Shown here: positions 58,185 through 64,000 of the stretch, one piece after another
How the letters are laid out: every line of letters starts with the position of its first letter
Position numbering within the stretch: the first letter of the stretch is position 1
Assembly: GCA_965242925.1 (NCBI GenBank)
Contig: CBDEUM010000014.1
Coordinates: forward strand, 581,848 to 645,847
DNA from: Roseibacillus sp.
GTDB taxonomy: Bacteria; Verrucomicrobiota; Verrucomicrobiia; Verrucomicrobiales; Akkermansiaceae
Direction: 5' to 3'
DNA length: 64,000 bases
The notes under the pieces: model-generated
Seen by the model: the letters and a program-made list of their open reading frames with translations, nothing else
Told to the model about the DNA's origin: nothing
Database searches by the model: none
Position numbers and translations under genes: made by a program

Positions 58185-59273
58185 ATGCAGGAACCCCCCG
58201 CCGAGCGCCCTTTTGCGGTGATGGATTTTTCCAGTTCGCCAGTCAATCGCAGTCTGACCGCCCAGGACAAGATCGAATTTTACCGCTCCATGGTGCGGAT
58301 TCGTCGCTTTGAGCACCTCGCCCTCGGGCAGTACCAGAAGAACAGAATGGGGGGATTTCTCCACCTGTATATCGGGCAGGAATCGGTGGCAGTAGGGGCC
58401 GTATCTCTGACGGGGGACCACGATCATATAATTACCGCTTACCGCGATCACGGGCACGCCCTTGCTGTTGGCATGAGCATGGAAGAATGCATGGCGGAGC
58501 TTTTTGGCAAGGTCACCGGGTGCTCAAAGGGAAAGGGGGGATCGATGCATTTCTTTGCTCCTGACAAGAATTTCTGGGGCGGCCACGGCATTGTGGCAGG
58601 GCAAACCCCCCTCGGCCTCGGTCTGGGTTACGGGTTGAAATACAAGGGTCTTCCAGGGTGTGCTCTCTGCTTCCTGGGCGATGGCGCCATCAACCAGGGC
58701 GCCTTCCACGAGGCGCTTAATCTGGCCTCCCTCTTTGAGATTCCAGTGGTCTACATTATCGAGAATAACGGGTATTCGATGGGGACCTCCCAGATGCGCT
58801 CGAGCGCCTATCGCGACTGCCTGGCCCAGCGGGGAGAGGCCTACAACATGGCTTGGGACCTGATTAACGGCGAGGACCTTTACGAGGTTCGTGCCAAGAC
58901 TCATATCGCGATGGAACGAGCCCGCAAGGAGCACCAGCCAAGCCTTCTGGAGATCCAGACCTACCGCTATTATGGTCACTCGGTAGCAGATGCCAATACA
59001 GACAAGTACCGCACACCTGAAGAGATCGAGCGCTACAAGACTTATCATGACCCTATTCGCCTCTGGGAGCGCCGCCTGATCGAAGAAGGCGTCATGACCG
59101 CAGAGGACGCCAAGGCCCATGAAAAGGAGGCCACCCGCGAGACTGCGGCTGCCATCAAATTTGCCGAAAACTCACCGGCGCCGACTGTGGAAGCCATCCT
59201 CCAGGACGTTTATTGCGAGGTGGACGAGAATTCGGAAGCCGGGAATACCGGGCGTCACTTCTTCAACGATTAA
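58185..59273 (+). CDS. pdhA: Pyruvate dehydrogenase E1 alpha
   Basis: GGFLHLYIGQE, GKGGSMH, GDGA, TYRYYGHS. Confidence 0.95.
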   Translation: MQEPPAERPFAVMDFSSSPVNRSLTAQDKIEFYRSMVRIRRFEHLALGQYQKNRMGGFLHLYIGQESVAVGAVSLTGDHDHIITAYRDHGHALAVGMSMEECMAELFGKVTGCSKGKGGSMHFFAPDKNFWGGHGIVAGQTPLGLGLGYGLKYKGLPGCALCFLGDGAINQGAFHEALNLASLFEIPVVYIIENNGYSMGTSQMRSSAYRDCLAQRGEAYNMAWDLINGEDLYEVRAKTHIAMERARKEHQPSLLEIQTYRYYGHSVADANTDKYRTPEEIERYKTYHDPIRLWERRLIEEGVMTAEDAKAHEKEATRETAAAIKFAENSPAPTVEAILQDVYCEVDENSEAGNTGRHFFND

Positions 59274-59287
59274 GGGAGCCGTCAATA

Positions 59288-60271
59288 ATGAGAGAACTAC
59301 TTTATCGCCATGCTCTGTGCGAAGCTCTCGATGAAGAGCTCGCCCGCGATGAAAACGTTGTGATCATGGGCGAAGAAGTGGCCCAGTACAACGGGGCCTA
59401 CAAGGTGACCGAGGGGCTGTGGGATAAATGGGGAAACAAGCGGGTGGTCGATACGCCGATTTCGGAGGCGGGCTTCATCGGAATGGGCGTGGGGGCCTCG
59501 ATGCTGGGGGTACGTCCCGTGATGGAGCTTATGTTCTGGTCCTTTCATTCGGTGGCCTTTGATCAACTCGTGAACAACGCCGGCTGCATGCGCTACATGG
59601 CGGGAGGGTCGATAAATGTTCCCATCGTCGTACGCGGTCCGGCCAACGGCGGCACCAACGTGGGCGCCACCCACTCCCATTGTCCCGAGGGACTTTTTGC
59701 AGCCTTTCCAGGGCTCAAGGTATGTGTTCCAGCCACCCCGGCCGATGCCAAGGGGCTCATGAAGACGGCTATTCGCGACAACGATCCGGTTTTCGTGATG
59801 GAGAATACCAAGCTCTATGGCACCCGTGGTCCGGTTCCCGACCCTGTGGAGGGGGAGCATCTCGTCCCCCTGGGTCGGGCCGACATCAAACGAGAGGGTT
59901 CCGATATCACTCTCATCGCTCATGGCCGCTCAGTTTTGCACGCCCTGGAGGCGGCCGGGACTCTCGCTAGTGATCACAGCATTTCGGCGGAAGTCGTCGA
60001 CCTGCGCTCCATTCGTCCGCTCGACCAGGAGGCCATAATCAACTCCGTGATCAAGACCAGCCGTGCCGTTCTAGTGGATGAGTCGAAGCCGTTCAATGGC
60101 GTGTCCTCCCAGATCGCGGCCCTGATCCAGGAGCACGCCTTTGATCATCTGGATGCTCCGGTGAAACGCGTGTGCAGTATCGACGCCCCGTCCATCTACT
60201 CACCGCATATCGAAGACGAGCAGCTTCCAAATGCCCGTCGGGTGGTCGAACAGGTGCTCACAATCGCCTGA
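59288..60271 (+). CDS. pdhB: Pyruvate dehydrogenase E1 beta
   Basis: GEEV..YNGAYKVT, DTPISE, DLRSIRPLD. Confidence 0.95.
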   Translation: MRELLYRHALCEALDEELARDENVVIMGEEVAQYNGAYKVTEGLWDKWGNKRVVDTPISEAGFIGMGVGASMLGVRPVMELMFWSFHSVAFDQLVNNAGCMRYMAGGSINVPIVVRGPANGGTNVGATHSHCPEGLFAAFPGLKVCVPATPADAKGLMKTAIRDNDPVFVMENTKLYGTRGPVPDPVEGEHLVPLGRADIKREGSDITLIAHGRSVLHALEAAGTLASDHSISAEVVDLRSIRPLDQEAIINSVIKTSRAVLVDESKPFNGVSSQIAALIQEHAFDHLDAPVKRVCSIDAPSIYSPHIEDEQLPNARRVVEQVLTIA

Positions 60272-60430
60272 CCGGACCACCAACATGCCCGAAGGCCCTA
60301 TTATGAAGGATGAAGGAAAGAGGAGCGGCCCTTCAAGTTCCCCAATAATAAACGTCCCGCCGGAGAGCTGGACAAGGGATTGGAAATTCTAGTTGCATCG
60401 TGGTCGTGCAAATCTAGCATTCCTCGGTCT

Positions 60431-60805
60431 ATGAAAAAACTGGCGTTCATCCCGGCGATTCTATTTTTGCCCCTGATCTTCTCCTCATGCGGTCTCAGCT
60501 GCAACGGGTGCTCGAAAAAGTATGTGGAAATAGAGGAGGTTGAGTGGATTGAAGAAGAAGTATTTGCCGATCCCGGGTCCAAGGACGGAAAAGGAGGCAC
60601 TGTCAAGGTGCGCCGGCCCGTTGTTAAAACCGTGCGCAAGGCGGTCAGATGCAGTTCCTGCGGATCATGGTACTGCGCTGATTCGGAGTGTTGCGGGATC
60701 GTGAGCAATCAGGTGTTACGCCGTGCGACCACGCAGGGAGGCAGCGGGGAGCCCCACATCGGGCTCATCCCGACGATGAAGGAGCTTGCTCCCGAAGAGA
60801 ACTAG
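60431..60805 (+). CDS. Small Cys-rich hypothetical lipoprotein
   Basis: Lipobox FSSC; CNGC, CSSC, YC..ECC. Confidence 0.7.
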   Translation: MKKLAFIPAILFLPLIFSSCGLSCNGCSKKYVEIEEVEWIEEEVFADPGSKDGKGGTVKVRRPVVKTVRKAVRCSSCGSWYCADSECCGIVSNQVLRRATTQGGSGEPHIGLIPTMKELAPEEN

Positions 60806-60988
60806 GAGCTCAATCGGAACTGATTTTCCGCGGGCTCTCCTTCCCTGGAGAGCCTGTTGCTTTTGGTGGGGCGGCGGGCAGCTCTCCGGGCGGCGCCAAA
60901 AGCCTTGCGTTGATCTTGAAAAACTCTGATGTCACGGTATTGACCGGAACGGGCCTTTGGCCCCAACTTCCGGCGCACCCTTCGACCC

Positions 60989-62335
60989 ATGGCAACGCAT
61001 ATCGAAATGCCCAAGCTCTCGGACACCATGACCGAAGGCACGGTGGTACGCTGGCTCAAGAACCTCGGCGATGAGGTGGAGATCGGGGATGAGATCGCAG
61101 AGATCGAAACGGACAAGGCCACCATGGCGATGGAAGCGTTCGACGAGGGGACTCTTTCCGAAATTCTGATTGAGGAGGGGGGCAAGGCCGCAGTCGGCGC
61201 CACCCTTGCCATCCTGCGGGATGAGGGGGAAGCGGACGCGGCACCGGAAGAAGAACCCTCGACGGAGGCGCCTGTGCCTGAGATGGCCTCGGACCCTCCC
61301 GCGAACCTTGAGCCGGTGGCGCTCGAAGCGAAGGGTCCCGAACTCGTGCCGGAGCCCGCGCCGGAGCCCACCGTGGAACCTGCCACGGAACCCCCTTCGT
61401 CGCCGGTTGCACGACCAACCACTTCAAGGCGCATCAAGGCCTCCCCTCTTGCCCGCAAGATGGCGCAAACCAACGGAGTGGATCTGGCTGGCCTAACGGG
61501 CTCAGGTCCCGGGGGCCGGATTGTCAGGAAGGATGTGGTAGCAGCCATGGGCAAAGCTGATACTATTGAATCCACGACGGAGTCGGGCCGTGTCGCCGTA
61601 TCAACTCCTGTGGCAACCCCGGAGCCGGCTCTTTCCCTCGAAGCAGGGGATCAACGAATTGAGCTCTCCAGTCTTCGGCGCATCACCGCGGAACGGCTCC
61701 TTGCCTCCAAAACCACCATCCCGCACTTCTACCTGCACACCGAAGCAGATGCCGCCCCCCTGATGGAAATCCGACGGCAGGTGAACCTTCAGGCGGAGGC
61801 CTCGCACGGAAACAAGTACACGGTGAATGACCTGATCCTCAAGGCCGTCATTGGTGCACTCCAGGCTGTTCCCAGTGTGAATGCCACCTTCCAGGGCGAT
61901 CACATTCTACAGTTCGGGGAGATCGGGGTAGCCGTGGCGGTGGCAGTGGAGGATGGCTTGGTTACGCCGGTGGTAAGGAACGCTACGACCAAGTCGCTTC
62001 TGCAGATTTCGCGCGAAGTAAAGGATTTTGCGGCTCGGGCTCGGGAGGGGAGGCTTCTGCCGAACGAATTCGACGGCGGGACAATCACCGTTTCCAACTT
62101 GGGAGCTTATGGGGTCGAGGCTTTTGACGCCATCATCAATCCACCCCAGGCGGCCATTATCTCAGTGGGCAGCATCGTGGAGAAGCCCGTGGTGGCTGGT
62201 GGCGAAATCGTGCCTGGGCTGCGTCTTGATCTCGGGCTCTCATGCGACCACCGGGTGGTGGACGGGGCGGTTGGAGCCGAGTTCCTGGCCCAGGTCAGGA
62301 AACTCATCGAGAAGCCCGCTCTCATGCTGGTTTGA
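60989..62335 (+). CDS. pdhC: Dihydrolipoamide acetyltransferase (PDH E2)
   Basis: Lipoyl ETDKA, ASPLARK..GSGPGGRI, DHRVVDG. Confidence 0.95.
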   Translation: MATHIEMPKLSDTMTEGTVVRWLKNLGDEVEIGDEIAEIETDKATMAMEAFDEGTLSEILIEEGGKAAVGATLAILRDEGEADAAPEEEPSTEAPVPEMASDPPANLEPVALEAKGPELVPEPAPEPTVEPATEPPSSPVARPTTSRRIKASPLARKMAQTNGVDLAGLTGSGPGGRIVRKDVVAAMGKADTIESTTESGRVAVSTPVATPEPALSLEAGDQRIELSSLRRITAERLLASKTTIPHFYLHTEADAAPLMEIRRQVNLQAEASHGNKYTVNDLILKAVIGALQAVPSVNATFQGDHILQFGEIGVAVAVAVEDGLVTPVVRNATTKSLLQISREVKDFAARAREGRLLPNEFDGGTITVSNLGAYGVEAFDAIINPPQAAIISVGSIVEKPVVAGGEIVPGLRLDLGLSCDHRVVDGAVGAEFLAQVRKLIEKPALMLV

Positions 62336-62489
62336 GGGGGAAACAGAGCCCTGTCCCTTGTGGAGAGATGATGGATTGGTTCGGGGGTACCGAACAATCC
62401 CGGGGGGAAATGCTGCTGGCATTCCCTCCTTTTTCCTTGGAACCACGGGATGAGTACGAGGAAATCTCCTCTTCATTCAATCTGGTCAC

Positions 62490-63626
62490 ATGATCCGCAT
62501 CCTGTCCTGTCTGGCCCTGAGCGCGATTTCCGGGTGGGCCGAACTCCTGCCCACATGGTCGCCACACCAGATGTGCGCGGAGGCCGATGCCATCGTAGCG
62601 GGGGAACGGGTAGGAGCGAACCGGGTCGCGGTTCGGGAATGGATTCTATCGCCCTCCGGCGGGAGAAAGGCCGGGAGCGTCATCACCATCGTCGGACTGG
62701 ACAAGCACGACAGAATGATCGGAACCCGGCCGGATGGGGCGGACCGGGAGCAGGGGAGGAGACTCAAGTCGCAGCGTCTGCTGTGCTTTCTGGAGGAGAA
62801 AAGTGATGGATGGCGCGCGATGGCTGCCACAGAGCAGGGAAGCTCGGGACTGATCTGGATCGAACAAGGTAAATGCTATCGTTACGAGCAAAGGAATAAT
62901 CCAGGATCCCATGTCCTCCTGCCCTCCCGGGAACACCAGACCGAGGAGGTCCTGCGCCTGGCGGTTGGCAGTGGGCTCGCCGATCGCGAGGGGTGGGAGC
63001 GGGCCCAGAAAATCCCGCATCCCCAGGAGAAGGCGATCGTGTTCTGCTCTTATCTGTTGGAACGCACCTCCCCCGAGGGGGCGGAGGGGACCTACCGAAG
63101 CCGCGTGCGGCGGGTGTTGCCCAAGCTCGGGGAACAGGCGGTGGCGGAACTGGTGGTGCTCCTGGAGAACGCGATCCCGGGGGATCGTCTCGATGATGCG
63201 GTGCTCATTCTTTACGACCTCGGCTCCGCCGCCAAGCCAGCGGTCCCGCACCTTGTGGCGCTGCTTCAGGAGCCCGGCTACGTTCACCCGGTGCGCTTGA
63301 TCGAGGCGCTGGGGCGGATCGGGGATGCCGCCGTGGCACAGCAGCTTCTTCCCTATCTTGATCGCGAACTGCGGGTTCGCGCCGAAGTGGCCGGGGCCAT
63401 GGCGCGCTTTTCCTATCAGGACTCTGTTCCACTCATTACCAAATCCCTGCCGGAGCCCAGAGCCGTGGAAGACGGGGATGCCTATCACGTCTACGCCATG
63501 CTGCGCGCGCTCCATGAACTGGGCTGCGAGGACCTTGTGCGGCTGGCCAAGGCCTATCTGGAGGTCCCCGCTATGAGACATGTGCGCAATCTCCTGGAGC
63601 CGTTTCTACAAGAGCAGAATCCATGA
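62490..63626 (+). CDS. Exported HEAT-repeat protein
   Basis: Signal peptide; AKPAVPHLVALL, IEALGRIG repeats. Confidence 0.7.
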   Translation: MIRILSCLALSAISGWAELLPTWSPHQMCAEADAIVAGERVGANRVAVREWILSPSGGRKAGSVITIVGLDKHDRMIGTRPDGADREQGRRLKSQRLLCFLEEKSDGWRAMAATEQGSSGLIWIEQGKCYRYEQRNNPGSHVLLPSREHQTEEVLRLAVGSGLADREGWERAQKIPHPQEKAIVFCSYLLERTSPEGAEGTYRSRVRRVLPKLGEQAVAELVVLLENAIPGDRLDDAVLILYDLGSAAKPAVPHLVALLQEPGYVHPVRLIEALGRIGDAAVAQQLLPYLDRELRVRAEVAGAMARFSYQDSVPLITKSLPEPRAVEDGDAYHVYAMLRALHELGCEDLVRLAKAYLEVPAMRHVRNLLEPFLQEQNP

Positions 63627-63677
63627 TAGCAGGGAGAGTTCCAGGTCCTCTGCAAGGAGTCAGCCCAAAGACGCAAT

Positions 63678-63714
63678 TGCAAATTACTTGCGTTATTAAT
63701 GCGAATTACTTGCA
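63678..63714. promoter_or_regulatory. Tandem Fur-family (Zur/Fur-like) operator boxes
   Basis: TGCAAATTACTTGCG (63678-63692) and TGCGAATTACTTGCA (63700-63714), 22-bp period. Confidence 0.6.
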
Positions 63715-63719
63715 ATTGT

Positions 63720-63730
63720 GGGGGGGGGGG
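63720..63730. repeat. G11 homopolymer tract
   Basis: 11 consecutive G directly after the operator boxes. Confidence 0.9.
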
Positions 63731-63750
63731 ATGCTAAACGAGATTCCGTT

Positions 63751-64000
63751 ATGAGCATTCACCTATCCCAATACGCCCTTGTCATCGCAGCGCTTGCCGC
63801 CATCTCCTTTGCCGGGGAGGAGGAGGGGCACGCGCACCTGACCTCCGATGAGGCCGGATCCTCAGGCCACTGGTTTGATCCCTGGGAACACGCCCACTTT
63901 CGCGATGGGACCCCGCTGGAGCACCATTTCGACCTCGAGCCCGCGTTTCTCTGCCGGGATCTCATCGTGGATTATTCCGGGCGGACCTTTGCGGAGGAGT
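63751..64000 (+). CDS. His-rich exported protein (runs off the window), possibly metal uptake
   Basis: Not in the ORF track. MSIHLSQYALVIAALAAISFA signal, then GEEEGHAH..GHWFDPWEHAHF..GTPLEHHFDLEPAF; open to the window end. Confidence 0.65.
   Translation, partial: MSIHLSQYALVIAALAAISFAGEEEGHAHLTSDEAGSSGHWFDPWEHAHFRDGTPLEHHFDLEPAFLCRDLIVDYSGRTFAEE

Noticed and set aside
1..64000. CRISPR arrays, IS elements, integrases, prophage genes, rRNA
   Set aside because: No repeat-spacer arrays, transposase or integrase motifs, or rRNA-like sequence were seen.

Overview
GC-rich bacterial chromosome segment. Gene content (three DUF1549/DUF1553 + DUF1501 pairs, a sulfatase, SHD1, CAP and prenyltransferase-repeat proteins) points to a PVC-superphylum organism, most likely Verrucomicrobiota; this is inferred, not searched. 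Housekeeping genes: ffs (SRP RNA), cdd, gdhA, tsaE, rplU-rpmA, trmL, trpS, rseP, pyrE, mnmG, ribD, pdhA-pdhB-pdhC. Main observations: (1) two tandem exported thioredoxin-like genes each have an in-frame TGA at the first Cys of the WCxxC motif (WUGPC, WUPPC) and a matching hairpin at an identical distance, so they are probably selenoproteins that the ORF track splits in two; (2) a phcB-like methyltransferase, dual-kinase hybrid sensor, phcQ-like regulator, EthD and FadL cluster resembles the Ralstonia fatty-acid-methyl-ester quorum-sensing system; (3) a secreted Lon-protease-domain protein sits next to a paralogue lacking the catalytic residues; (4) parS sites in and near mnmG plus a C-to-G skew switch at about 57.1-57.5 kb suggest oriC lies here, with no dnaA in the window; (5) tandem Fur/Zur-like boxes and a G11 tract precede a His-rich exported protein. 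All family assignments come from motif recognition by eye; no database searches were run.
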